DNA from: Paraspadella gotoi
Taxonomy: Eukaryota; Animalia; Chaetognatha
Direction of reading: 5' to 3'
NCBI GenBank assembly: GCA_051294375.1
Contig: CM119264.1
Coordinates: 18,569,581-18,633,580 of the forward strand
DNA: 64,000 nucleotides
Positions 13,938 through 28,500 of this stretch are shown here, one piece after another. The translations under genes were made by a program, and so were the position numbers. The notes under the pieces are model-generated. The model was not told where the DNA came from. It searched no databases and saw only the letters and a list, made by a program, of their open reading frames with translations. Positions within the stretch are counted from its first letter, which is position 1. Every line of letters starts with the position of its first letter.

Positions 13938-16900
13938 TCTCTCTTCTCTTTAATCTACCTTCTTAGAAAACCGGTTTGATTTCATTTTGTAGACGATATG
14001 CGGACTCATGCGCCAAAAGGGGACATGCAGTGGGCAATTGGCGATCAAAAGTCGAGAAATGCTCCGCCGAATGCCCGCCAGGTTTTTTCCAATGATTGTT
14101 TTGATAGATTTGATTTATTATTGATTGATTCATTCATTCATTTTTTCATACATTTCATTTATTAAATCATTTATTTTTGATATAACCTATCTCTTTTGTA
14201 GGTCAACTTTCGACCCCTGCGTCGACAACTGTCGCACTTCCTGTCGCGCCATATCACTCGGCACCAGCGATTGCAAGTCTCTCTGCACGGAAGGCTGCTC
14301 CTGCCCCGCTGTCAGGCCCTCAATCGAGACGGAGCCTGCGTGGCGGTCGGTGACTGCGAGTGTCACTTTAACGGACACGATTACGGCAAAGGGCAAACGT
14401 TGTTAGGAAAAACGAAGCGGGACAATGGGAATTATGGTGAGCTGCGATTGGAGGAAAAACACGAGTCACATTCTGATATTCCCATGTATAATAAATACCG
14501 TGTTCTAAAATTGAGAGTAATTTGCCGTATTTTCTTCTGTTTCACTAAGCACGTGCAAGGCCTGAATTGGAAATGCATCATTACAATCCCTCCTACATGC
14601 AAAGAAAACGAACGTGTAACGAATTGTTTTAACAAAGAATGTGAGGCAACTTGTAGCAACATGGATGAGAATCGCGTTTGTGGACACCCGATTCATGCTC
14701 GTGGGGTAAAACATATTTTTTATTTTTTATAAACTTTCTTTATTGCCATATTATTATCTTTCTTTGTTTCCTATTCTCTACTCCATTGATATCCACTGTC
14801 CAGGATCGAATGCAAAGGCGGGTTCGTTCGAAACTCTAACGGCTCTGTGCGTACCACATTCCGAATGTTCCTGCAAGCACAGCGTAAAACTTACCGCCAG
14901 GAGGAACCTTAAACAAGATTGCAATACTTGTACTTGCGAAAGGGGAAAGTGGAAGTGCACCGAGTGCCGTGTACGGCACATACTTCGTGGGGTAAGATTT
15001 GAATTCAAATTGTTTAAGTTATTGGTTTAGTATAATTTTCATTTGAAAAAAAATCAAAATCTGATAGATTATTTGCATATTTGGTTTATTATGTTGCATT
15101 TCGTTTCGATTTTATAGGTGATTCCCACTTCACAACATTTGAAAAATACGATTTTAAGGAGATTGCGAATACATATTGGCTCAGGAAAAAAAGATAACGA
15201 GGCGATTTTCAAATTATCATCAAAAATGTTCCCTGCGGATCCTCTGAGTCACGTGCACAAAAAACACATTGGTTTTTAACAAGGTAAGAGCAGCATAGAG
15301 TTATGATATCTGATCGATATTATGATTAGGAAATTAATAATTTTTTTTCCAGACCGAAAACTGTACAGTATTCAAGTCAAGCTTACACCGTGGAGATAGG
15401 ACACTTCCGCCAAGCACTCCAGGCTTGGCAATCCGTCAAGTGGGCCTCTACGTTTACGTTAATGTCCGAGTTGAAGGCATCAGCCTGCTTGGAATTGGGG
15501 TACTCTTCTCTACGTAAGGCTTGGTAAGCAAAATCTATTTGTCTGTTTTCAAGACACTTAAATATTTTAAACCCTGGCAACAGTGTCATTCTTCTGTTCT
15601 CTTTTCGACAAAAAAAAACAAAAAACTAGTCGTCGTCGTTTTTCTATCTTTCTTAATTGTTTTGTCTTTCTTTCTTACTTTTTTCTTTCTATTTTTTTCT
15701 TTCTGTTTTTTTTTCTGATCATTTGCTTTGACTGAAAAAAGTAAAAAAAGTGTTCAACTTTTTGTAGTTGTAGTGATTGCAGTGGTTGTATTTATAATAA
15801 ATTTTATTGCTATCATGCTAAGGTTTTTGATAACTGTAGTTGTTGTGTCCTCTGACGAAAAAAGTTAAGATGTAGTGGTTTTAGTGGTTGAGGTTGTTTT
15901 GGCTGGTGGTAGTGGGAGTGGTGTAGTGGTGAAAATGGTTGTTTAAAAGTAGAACAATCCCCGTCACTGTCTTTTATTGCCTCGAAATGGTTACTTGTAA
16001 GGTAAGGTATGTTAGAGGGCTGAAAGGGAAAACAATAATATAAAATTATAAATAGACACAAATCAAGTAGGCAATTATTAATAATAGTATGCATCGGTAT
16101 GTTTAGAGTCTTTGAGATTGTCCACGATATTGTCTTCAACAGGTACATGTAGTATTCAATAGCTTGAGAAATACCTTAATAATTTAATAACCTTAATCAA
16201 TTTTAATATTTTAGATGGTTAGCCACCAAAACAGAGTTGAAGGGTCTTTGTTGGAAACTTTAAACGGAAACTCAGAAGGACTCTGCTTGAAACTGCACTA
16301 ACGCGGAAATGCATTTAGCCCCTTCTTACAAGTTTGGTAAACGCTTTGGACGGTTTAACGCCGCCCTAAACTGTTCGAATACCGAAGAACAGCTGCGGAG
16401 GGGAAATGTTCCAATGACCAAGACAGCATTCATTCGGGCAAAACAGGTTGTAGAAAGAAAAAATAATCGTAATTTCGTACCGATAATACGAAACGCTGCT
16501 TCTTAAAAATAGCCGAGGAAAAATTAAATTAAATTTAAAATTAAATTAAATTTAATTCCTTTTATCAAATTATCAGCCCGAAAAAATATCCCGCTTATAT
16601 TTAATTTCTTAAGTTAAGTTTACTACTTTCAATATAGAAAAACATAATTACAACTAGGTTTTAATCATTAGAATCGGTAAAAGTAGTCATATGTAAATAA
16701 AAACTATTGACATTAACAAAGTGGCGGGATTATTTTGGTGGTGCGTGGTGATGATGATGATGTGATGATGAAGAATAAGATGATGAATTATAAGATGATG
16801 ATGTCGGTAGTTGACGAGATTCACTTAGAATAGTTTCAGTTTATAACCTTTTTTTTCATGTTTGTTTTAAGAAATTGCGATGTGATAGAGGAGAACTCTT

Positions 16901-19900
16901 TTAAAGACTTCGCACACTTCGATTTCGTCAACCCCCACGCCCTACCTTTTGATCGTTGCGTCTCCGGACACTACTGGTGGTGTGCGACTGTTGGAGGAAC
17001 ATGTGGTGCAATGTGCAACCGCTACACTGTCTACGCTGAAATGAATGCGCACTAGTGCGGCGAGTTCCAATTAAGTGGCAGATGTCAGGAGCTTCTGTCG
17101 TGAGTATTTTATAGAACATAAAAAAAAATGGAATGGAGAAAGAAGAAAAAAAGAAGAAAAAACAAAGAAAGAAAGAAAGAAAGAAAAGAAAGAAAGAAAG
17201 AAGAAAAGAAAAAGAAAGTAAAGAAAAAGCTAAAGAAATGAAAAAAATAGAAACAAGATAAGTAAAAATAAACAAAGAAAGAAAGAAATAAATAAAGAAA
17301 GAACAGACGGGAAAGCTTAAGAAAAAAGAAATATGGAAGATTAAGAAGAAAAGATCCTGAGGAAAAAAGAAAGATAAGAAAAAGGAGAGAAAGAAAAAAT
17401 AACTAAAAAAAAGCTTCTGTCATTTAGCCTAAGTCCAATGTCCGTGTGCGGAGCACAATGCTACCACTGAATGTCCTTGCTACAATGCCTTGCTATTAAG
17501 TTAGGCCGCCACGTCTTGTTTAAATCGTTTTAAGAAGGAGGAAGGATATATGTGATAAGGTTTTTATTAAAATTTCATCGTTTTTTTTTGTGGTCTTGAA
17601 TAAAAAAGGGTTTAGATTAAAAAAGTTTTTTGCATTTAGGAATCTTTCTGCGTGGAAAGGGCTGCAGAGCAAAAGGACTGTGTCCTCACGATCTCATTGA
17701 CACGCGGTAACGGAACCTGTATCAGCACAAATGCGACGATTGCGCAAAATTCCGACGGCAAACTCATTCTCTCGGCTTGGCGACGGTTATGGAAGCAGAC
17801 CCCGTGTTTGGTAAAGTACCTTAAAAAAACGGTTGTACTTAACTGTACTCCTGTAAATTTCAGAACATCTTAGTTTTCAGCTCTTGGCCAAAAAAAATAA
17901 GGATGGCGGAAAACAATAGAAGTTTGCTACAGCACCATGCCTCAATCGTTTGCTAAACACCCAGTCCCTGAAAGACCCATGCTAGAAGGTGCAAGGTCGT
18001 CTTGAATCATTTGCGGAAACAAAAAAAGGCGAAGGCATCATGCAGGGGCTTCCTTCCGGATGGGAAGGATAAGCGTGCGCTCACGATTTATCTATAATCT
18101 CCAATATTGATTATTTAAAAAGTCCGATAACTTAAAAATATTTCATATCTAATACCCCATCAAAATGTTGTTAGCCATAACAGTTTCGATGTCAATGTTG
18201 TCCAGAGGTGGGACCCGCCTCCGAGTTGTCCACCAACTCACAAACCAAATTCATGAGGTACGACGACAAATGTTCACGTTGCGGAATGGTAGGTAAAATA
18301 GTAGCTATAACAGAGTTATAACCGAGTTAAATTCTGTTTTACGTTACTGAACGTTAAAAGACCTTATCTATTCCAAAATTTTTTTAACGTTGAATTTACT
18401 ATTCAGTTTGTGACTTGGCTCAGTGCCCCCTGTAAGATTAAACCTGAATTGCTGCTTACGGACGAGCGCGGAAATCCTGTTGTCCGATAAAACGCCGAAT
18501 TTTTTGTTCAGTAAAAAGGAACCACCCTTTAAAGGAGGTTGTTTTTTTGCGGAAGGACGGTAAGGAAATCACTTTCCGCTACAAAACTATTCGGTTATGC
18601 AAACTAAACTATTTTTAGCGGTTATTCCACTCGATAATATCACTTTGTCGTCCACTCGTCCCCCCTCTCCCAATCACGCAAATTCTTGCGTCGGTAAATT
18701 CACTTAATCATCTCAGAATATCGAATTATGAAAAATTAATGCAAAAAAGTTTGATATCCCGTTCCGTTCCGTCCCCTCTTCGCCTTATGTGGACCAATAA
18801 ACTGAGGAGTTGTTCGGGCGATGACTGAATCCTGTTTGTGTGATTGGAATTTTGTCGAATCTCCCGAGTGGAAATGGGGTTAAAAAAAAACCAAATTCAT
18901 TGTTTCACTATTAAAGTTTTGCTTTTTCCCTTTAATATGAAATGTGGAATGCATGCTGCAAAACAATAACAACTACTAATACAATTATAACATCACCACA
19001 TACACCACATCACCACTACAACCGCAATAACCACCACTCAACCTTATAGAGTTTTCTTAACAGTTTAATTTTTCTAAAACGTTTACGTGTTACCGCTTAG
19101 AAAATTGGTTAATTTAGAAACTTACTTATTTCATGATACAAATGCTATAATAAAAGGAGAAAAAAAAACTTTTTAATTCGAATCTTACATATACATATAT
19201 AATATATAATATATAATTGTATAATAATACATGTATATATATATACATGAACAATGTACCAAAGCAATCAAGCGATTATAGATGAATTTTTTTTTTTCAA
19301 TTTTCTATAGCCTTTTTAAGACGTCAACTGTAAATCATTCATCCCGTTTGAGGTTAAGAGAATAAAAGTCCCAATTGCAATTCGCAGCTTCGTCTGAAAG
19401 TAGTTTAAAATATATTTTTTTCATGTTGATTGTTTCACGTCCTGTTGCGTCAAAAAAAACTCATTTTTTTTTCTCATTGGGGTTTTATTTAAATTTTTAT
19501 TTTAAAGTTGTTTTCTTAAAATTTTTTTTTTTCAATTTGTTGGTATGAAGAGCATTCCCCTTGATTCCTATTCACCTTCCTTTAATTTTTGATTAAAATT
19601 ATATGCCTACTACTTTCTTGCACTGTTTTTCTCTCTCTCTCTTCCCTCTCTCTTTTCACCGATTTCACTTCTTTTTCACAACTTACCTCTGTCTTTTCTC
19701 AACTTTCAGCCTGTCCTCACCAATTGACCACTGTCCTTTTCTAAACTCTGTATGTCGGAAACTTTGCCCTCTCTCTCTCTCCTCGCTCTCTCTCTATCTG
19801 TTTATCTCTCTTTCTCTCTTCCTTTACACAAAAATATTATTCCATATTCATATTATAACGCTGTGAAGGCGTTGCAAATGAAGCCGAAACTGTCTGTTTT

Positions 19901-22900
19901 GCATTAAAATAAAATCGTTTGTCAAAATTAAACTCAAACTGCACTACTTTAAACAAAATGACTCGAAAGTCGATTAATGACATCAGCCTGGAATACTCAT
20001 AATGAGTGATCCGCGTAACTTTTATGTTTATTCTTGGGAAAATGATTTTTTTCTTACACTGGCATTGAAGCTTAGGCGGAACGATTTGTTGTTACTGGTT
20101 CAGGCCAACTGTTTTTAGATTCAATTTTTTTTCATTACTTTCAGTAAGTTTTCTGAAGAATTTGAAATAGAATAATATTAATAATCTTCTGAAAGACCTT
20201 TCAATCTAAAATAGAATGACGTACTTACAAATTCTGTCAGCATAAATTTAACCGCCCAGCTTTATTTAATTAGCGGATACTCAAAAATGAGACATCTTTT
20301 CAAAAAATCAATAACTGGAGGGGTAATTTTAAGATTTTTATCAAATTCTGTTGATTGGCTATCTTAAATCTTCTTTTTTCGAGGGCTCTTTTCATGATTA
20401 CTTTTATAAATAATAATTATTTTAGTTATAAATTGAACAGGTTCATTATATCTTAAAAAAAGATTTTAAAATTTTACCATAATTCACTTTTGACTCTCCT
20501 AATTGAACCAAGGCTGCGGCATCTTTAATTTTATTTAGAGCTTTCGTAAGTATATCATTTCTCTTCATTTTTAAGGCTTTCTGAGGATTAGTAATATTGT
20601 TAATATTTTAATAAATACTTTGTTTAAAAAAGTGCTAAATTGTTGAAAAAAAAAAGAATTTAAAAACAGTGAGTTGGAAAATGAAACCGATTTTGCAAGC
20701 CAACTTTCTTCCCACTCATTGTGAAGGCATATCTTAACTGATTAATATAAAATGAACACATAAATTACCTTAAATATTTTCTATTCACTAATTTTTAAAA
20801 TCAATGAAATAACCACTGCGTTTGCAAATGACAGCGTTTTTTACCGCGCTTGTAAAAGTCACCATGTGTAATTGGCGTCAAATTAAGGTGGGATGGACGG
20901 ATGGACGGACATCGATTTTTTGCTATGATTACTTATAATTCGATGTTTCTGACATGATTTAAGTGACCTCACCGACAAAAATTTTTTGCGTGGACCGATG
21001 TTACCGAAAAGTGATTTTAGATTCTGCTGGAGATTATAGATCTGCTGTAAGCAGATCCGGCTTAAAATTCACTTCGCTAATCCCACAATAGAATTGCTTA
21101 CATACTTATTTACCAAATTTCCTGTGTATGTGTTGTCTCTTCAATAGTTAAACCTCAAACCAATTTTTTTTCAGAGGTAAAGTTGCTGTAAATATCGTTT
21201 GATGACAAAAATTGTGGAGCTTAAACTTTCCAAATGTGTAAATTCGAATGCAAATCATGCTGCGAAGAACCAATACCGACATGCCCCGGATGTGAAGAAG
21301 TGTATTACTATACCTTCTCTGGCAAATGTGCGGTGGTTGTCTGTCCAAAGTTTCAATGTGTTAAGAAACTCGTGCCAAGTTATCCGCCAGTTCTCATTGA
21401 CAACTGTTCCACCGTGGTTACGAGAAAAAAAATTATGTGCAATTGTCTCACAAGCCAGAGATGTCTGCCAGAGAAAGCAGAGTGCCCAATAATGTAACGC
21501 CGGTAACTTTGATTCCATGCTCCGGAGGACTTATTAGTTGATGACGGAAATGGAGGGATGTAAAAGCCGAATTTTGTCATAAAAAGTTTGTTCTGCCATT
21601 GTCATGCCAAATGTAATGCATGTGAGGAACCAACTGAAGAAAAAGATTCCGTAATGTTCCACTTTAAATGCGTTAGGAGGATCTGTCTCGTCTATCAAAC
21701 TATAATTGTTATCAAAAGTGACGAATAAACTTTCCAAATTTTTAGATCCCTGGGTTGTGAGAAACCGTTTTGAAGAGCACAAATGCGACCAGTTGTTCGT
21801 CCTAATTTGCAGCCGATTGTGAAACTGAAAAAATCGAAAATGATCATTTGTGGAGTCCTTACTAATAAAATGGACTGTACCAAAAGAAGAATGCACTGTC
21901 GTTTCCGCTCTTACTTGCCCATCTCTCTCTNNNNNNNNNNNNNNNNNNNNNNNNNTGGTAAATACCTTAAAAAAACGGTTGTACTTACTGTACGTTGTAA
22001 ATTCAAACATCTTATTTTCAGCTCTTGCCAAAAAAAAAAGGATGGCGAAAAAATAGAAGTTTGCTACACCGATGCCTCAATCCGTTTGTCTAAACCCATT
22101 CCCCTGAAAGACGCCACTGTAGAAGGTGCAAGGCGTTTGAACATTTGCGAAAACAAAAAAAGCGAAGGCATCATCAGGGGCTTCCTTCCGGATGGGAAGG
22201 ATAAGGTGCGCTCACGATTATTATACTAATATTATTATTTTAAAAAGGCGAAAACTTATAAAAAAGTATTTATATCTAATACCCAAAAAATGTCTTTAGG
22301 CCAGAGTTTCGATGTCATGATTGTCCAGAGGTGGGACCCCCTCGAGTTGTCCACCAACTCACAAACCAAAGTTCATCGAGGAGCGACGACAAATGTTCAC
22401 GTTGGAATGCGGTAAAAGTTAGTATAAACAGTATTATAACAGAGTTTAAATTTTGTTTGTTACGTAGTGAACGTTTAAAAGACCTTTATCTATTCAATTT
22501 TATCGAGCCCTGACCGGGCGAAGCCGGGTCAGGCTTCTATTAATGTTAGGGTTGCTTCTTTGTGACGCGTCTGTCGTCGGTCGTCGCTCGTCGTCCGTCA
22601 CGCTGTTTTCATATATAAAAACTACTAGCTTTTATAGGTTTAGGCCTGTGACATACCGTTTTTTTTTTAAAATAAAAATTATTTGCAATTATGATAAAAG
22701 TTTTACAAAATGTGTGCGCTCATAGTAAGTTAAAAATTAGATATGGCTTTTTCTCTTGAAATAGCCGTGATATTTTTCATATTACATTTGGATTTAAGTA
22801 TTTTTGTTTGAATTTCCACTTCATTATGATTACTGCTAGTATGCAAATGAGATTAAAAGTACTCATTATAATAAATCCAAATAGTATATAGAATGCTTTT

Positions 22901-23994
22901 AATCTAATGTACATATTGCAAGTATTATAATAATTGAAGATGAAATTCAAAAAAATTTGGTATAAATTTTTATTAAAAATGGCGAACTCAAAGGATTTTT
23001 TAATGAGAAAACTATATCTTAATTTTTAATACAAATATAAATTAAATTCTTTACAAAGCTGCGATTGGAAAAAATTTGGAAAAATTCCAATTGTAAACAA
23101 TCGCTTAACATATTTGCCTTTCTTTTATTTCTTTTTAAATTATATATAGATTTTTTTTTTTATAATTTGTCAGTTTGCTGCTTTTTCTGAACCCTTAAAA
23201 ACGAGTTCAGGTTTCCTGCAGTGACTGTTTCAGCTGGCTTCCAGCTTTTTCTCTTTCTTTTCTGTCTCTTTGTTCTCTCATTTTTCTCTTTTCTGTCTCT
23301 CTTTCTCTTCTCTTTCTGTCTTTTCATGTCTCTCTCATCGTACGATCGTTCGTTTTTGAAAAATTCTGATTATTTTTTACCTTTTTCCTTATTATCGCCA
23401 TTTATTCCGCCGCTTTTTTTTTTCAATAACAAAATCCCAATTTATTATTCTGAGATATAATTTATTAAGAATTCGGTTTTTCTTTTTCTCTTCTCTCTCT
23501 CTCTCTCTCTCTCTTTTCTTATTTTAAATTTTTTTTTAAAAAAATGAAGAATAACTTATTAATGCATATGCATTGCTCACAGTATAAATCAGCTAATGTT
23601 GACCTTATTATATATGCAGCACTTTTCGCCGAATAATATAATTGCATGCATCCACATATAAAAAAAAAATTTTGTTTTTATTTATTATTGCAACTTTGGA
23701 CCGGGTTGGCCCACTATTGGCAAATTATATCTAAAAAAGGCAGTGATAAGAGAGATATAGTCAAATTAAAAACATACTTTTTTTGTTATTCTTGAATTAA
23801 TTTGTACTATTATTAAATTTTATAAATAATTTGTGTATATATTTAATCATTTTTAACTTTTTTTAAATAATAATTATTGAGTTGTGGATAACTATTTATA
23901 AAATTAATTAAATATGCAAATATTAAATTGACCTCGTCTGTTTCTTCCTTAAAAAAAGAACAATCTTTTTCTTCTCTATCTCTCTTCTCTTTCT

Positions 23995-24025
<31 letters not shown>

Positions 24026-25482
24026 TCTCTCTTTCTCTCTCTTTTTTTTTCCTTCTAAAACTTTTATTATCGCCATTTATTCCGAGATTTTCGCCATGCG
24101 ATTTTGTTCCTTTCTTAAAAAACTTTTATTATCGCCATTTATTATTTATCTCAATACAAAATCCCAAAAAATACAATAACCAGCAAACAGTAAACAATTG
24201 TCGATGGAACAATGACCTAATAACGCGTTACGTGCTATTAAAAAAAAATCAACATAGACCCAATTCACGACGCCGTTGCGAGCAACGGAGTAACCGATTA
24301 TAAACGAGAGTGATTCCTAATTAATGCGTCTCGTTTTTTGTGAAATTTCTTTCTAATTATTTTTTTTTAGTCACTTTTTTTTTTCACACCGTCACTGGGC
24401 TACGACGTAAACGAGTTCCGCCTATTTGCAGCGTCTGCTTTTCAGCTTCTTTCTCTTCTCTCGCTCTCTCTTCTCTCTCTCTCTCTCTTCTCTCTCTCTT
24501 CTCTTTCTGTCTCTTTCTCTCTTTACGATCTCTTGCGTGATCGTTCGTTTTTTGGAAAAATTTCTATTATTTTTTTCTTCTAAAACTTGTTTATTATCGC
24601 CATTTTTTCCGCGCTTTTTTTTCAATACAAAAATCCCAAATTCTATTATCTGCAGATTTTTGTTGGATTTTTGGAGAAAATGTGAAAGAATTATCTTACT
24701 TGCCCTGGATTTCGTGGCCGTTGCAGGGCAACGAGTAGACAATGTCAAGGAACATGACCTAAAAACGCGTTTTGATGGCAATGGAAACGTTACGTGTATA
24801 ATTAGGAATCAACTTGACCGAGATCACGCCGCCTTTGCGATGGGCAACGGATAACGATATAATTGAAAGAAATACCGGTTTTTTCTTTTTATTTCTCTCT
24901 CTCTCTTCTCTCTCTCTCTCTCTCTTCTCTCTCTCTTCTGATTATTTTTCCTTCTAAAAAACTTTTATTATCACCATTTATTTCCGCGCATTATTATACT
25001 ACTTTTTACCTGGATTATACAGATATAGAGAGACACGCTTGCGAGCAACGAGTAAACAATGTCAAGGAACATGACCTTAATAACGCCGGAATAACGCGAT
25101 ATTTATTATTAATTATTTGGAAGTCAAAAATATCATAGTCGTTAACTGAGTATTTTCAACTATATTTTTGTTAATAGGGATTATATATTTTTCAATGTAC
25201 AAAAATTGCTTATAGGCTCTCTTTTTCTTCTCTCCCTCTCTCTCTTCTCTCTCTCTCTCTCTCTTCTCTTTTTTTTTTCCTTCTAAAAAACTTTTATTTA
25301 TCGCCCATTTATTCCGCGCTTTTTTCTCAATACAAAATCACCAAATTTACATCCGAGATTTTTCGGTGGATTTTTTTTCTAAAATTCTGATTATTCTTTA
25401 TATAAACGAGCAGAGACCCTAATAATGCGTTTCGTTGGCGGGAAAACTGCTCCAAAGCCTCTCTCTCTCTCTCTCTCTCTCT

Positions 25483-25514
<32 letters not shown>

Positions 25515-28500
25515 TTCACTCATACACGCATTGTTTGTTTTATTTACGATGAATGATTCAGCGCGTCAATTGAATTACTATCATCGCATCAATGAATGAC
25601 TATTCATTCGTATCATGAATGATTATCATCATATCAATGAATGACTATTCATCGCATCAATCATTTTTGATTATCATCACATCAGTCATTTTGTATCATC
25701 GCATCATTATTGGTTATCATTGGCGTCAATATATTTGGTTATCATCGCACAATATTTGGTTATTCATCGCATCAATATTTGGTTACTATCGAAAGCGGCT
25801 CGATTCCTTATTGCTTTTAAGATTTTTTTACGTTGATTTACTTTTCAGTTTGCTGGACTTGGCTCAGTTGCCTGTAAATTATAACCTGAATCGCTTCTTC
25901 GGACCGAGCGGAAATCCCTTTGTCCCGATAAAGCGAAATTTTTTGTTCTTGTAAAAGGAACCAACCTTTAAAGGGAGATGTTTTTGCGAAGGACGCGTAA
26001 GAAAACTTTCCGACTACAAAACTATTCGGTTGTATTCCAAACTAACTATTTTTAGGTCGCGGATTCCACTCGATAATTCACTTTGTCGGTCCATCGGTCC
26101 CACCCACAAAATCTTGTCGGTAAATCACTTAAATCATCTCAGAATATCGAATTAGAAAAATTATCAAAAAAGTTGTATATCCGTCCGTCCGTCCCCTCTT
26201 CAGCTTGTGGACCAATAACTGAGGAGTTGTTTCGGCGTATTGACCTGAAATTCTGTTTGTTGTGATTGAATTTTGTCGAATCGTCCGAGTGGAAATGGGG
26301 TTTAAAAAAAAACCAAATCATGTTTCACTATTAAAATTTTTGCTTTTTTCCCTTAATATGAAATGTGGATGCATGCTTGCAACAATAACAACTACTAATA
26401 CAATTATAACATCACCACATACACAATCACCACTACAACCCAATAACCACCCTCAAACTATAGAGTTTTCTAACCGTTTAATTTTTCTAAAACGTTTACG
26501 TGTTACCGTTTAAAATTGGTTAATTTAGAAACTTAGCTTAATTCAATGGTACAAATGTATAAAAAGAGGAAAAAAAAACCTTTTAATTCGAATCTTACAT
26601 ATACATATATAATTATATATTCAATAAAGATACTATATATAATGATATATATTGTAATATATATATATACATGTATATTTATACATATACAATGTACAAA
26701 GATCAAAGCGATTATGAGATTGATACTTTTTTTCAAATCGTTTTTAAGAGAATAAAAAGTCCCAATGCACTTTCATCAGCTCGTCTGAAAGTAGTTTAAA
26801 ATATTTTTTTTCATGTTTGATTGTTTCACGTCTGTTGCGTCAAAAAACTCATTTTTTTTTCTCATGGGGTTTTATTTAAATTTTTATTTTAAAAGTTGTT
26901 TTTCTTAAAATTTTTTTTTTCAATTGGTGGTATGAAAGAGGCATATCCCCTGATTCCTATTCACCTTCCTTTAATTTTTGATTAAACAATTATATGCCTA
27001 CTACTTTTTGGTTTAAACTGAGATACTTATCGTTAACTCAGCCTGAATTACTCATAATGGTGAGCCCTTCTCTCTTTTGTTTACTTCTTTGAAAAAATTT
27101 TTTTTTACACTTGCATAATGCTTTATGAACGAAAACTTCGTTTAGCCAAAATAAGAATGTTGTATGAAAATCTAAAATAAATTGTTCTCAATTTACTCTG
27201 TTAAAACAACATATGAAATATAAACATTTCCACTCTTTCACTGCGACTGGAAGTAAATCGCCACTCTCCCTCTGAGTAAAACCTATCTTGGAACAAATTT
27301 TTTACAACGCTGTCATGAAGGGTTACCATGATTTAGAAAATTGTTGAGTGAAAATAAAAGTAATTATCATGTTTTCAAAATTTTATATTGACAGTGAGTG
27401 GCAAAGTTCTTGTAAAAATTCGGGTTTCTTTTCCACCAACTTTTTTTAGATTCAATTTTTTTTTCTATTTTCAGTAAGTTTTCTGAAGGAATGAATAGAA
27501 TAATATTAATATATCTTCTGAAAGCCCTTTACAAATCTAAATAGAATGACGTACTTACAAATTGCTGTAGCATAAAATTTAACCGGCCAGCTTTAATTTA
27601 ATTAGGATACTAAAAATGAGACATCTTTTCCAAAAATCAATAACTGGAGGGAGTAAATTTAAGATTTTTATCAAATTTGTGATTGGCTATCTTAAATCTT
27701 CTTTTTTCAGGCTCTTTTCATGATACTTTTATAAATAATAATATTTTATGTTATAATAATTTGAACAGGTCATATATCTTAAAAAAAAGATTTAAAATTT
27801 TACATAATTTACTTTGACTCTCTAATTGAATTGAATTTTTATTAGAGCTTTCGTAAGTATATCATTCTCTTCATTTTTAAGGGCTTTCTGAGGATAGTAA
27901 TATTGTTAATATTTTAATAAATATTTGTTTAAAAAAGTCTAAAAGTTGAAAAAAAAGAATTTAAAAACAGTGAGTTGGAAAATGAAACCCGATTTTGCAA
28001 CATATAGCGATCATTCCTGTAGGCGTTGACTACGCTGCGCTATCGCTCCAAGCTTGGTAGGGCTCCGCGCGCCACGCTACCGGAGCTTTGGGGATCCGTG
28101 ATGGGCCTCGTACGATAATCTGTAGTGTAGTGATCTACTCATACGCTCGTGGCAGCCACCCTCGCCAACCTGTTTTTTTTTCTCCACTCATTGTTAAGGC
28201 ATATCTTAACTGATTAATATAAAAATGGAACACATAAATTACTTAAATATTTTCTATTCAACTAATTTTTAAAATCAATGAAATAACCACTGGTTTGCAA
28301 ATGACAGCGTTTTTTTACCGGCGCTTGTAAAATTGTCACCATGTAATTGGCGTTCAAATCTAAGGTGGGATGGACGGATGGACGGACATCGATTTTTTTG
28401 CATGATTTATTATAATTCGATTTTCTGACATGATTTAAGTGACTCACCGACAAAATTTTGGCGTGGGACCGATGTACCGACAAAGTGATTTATAGATCTG

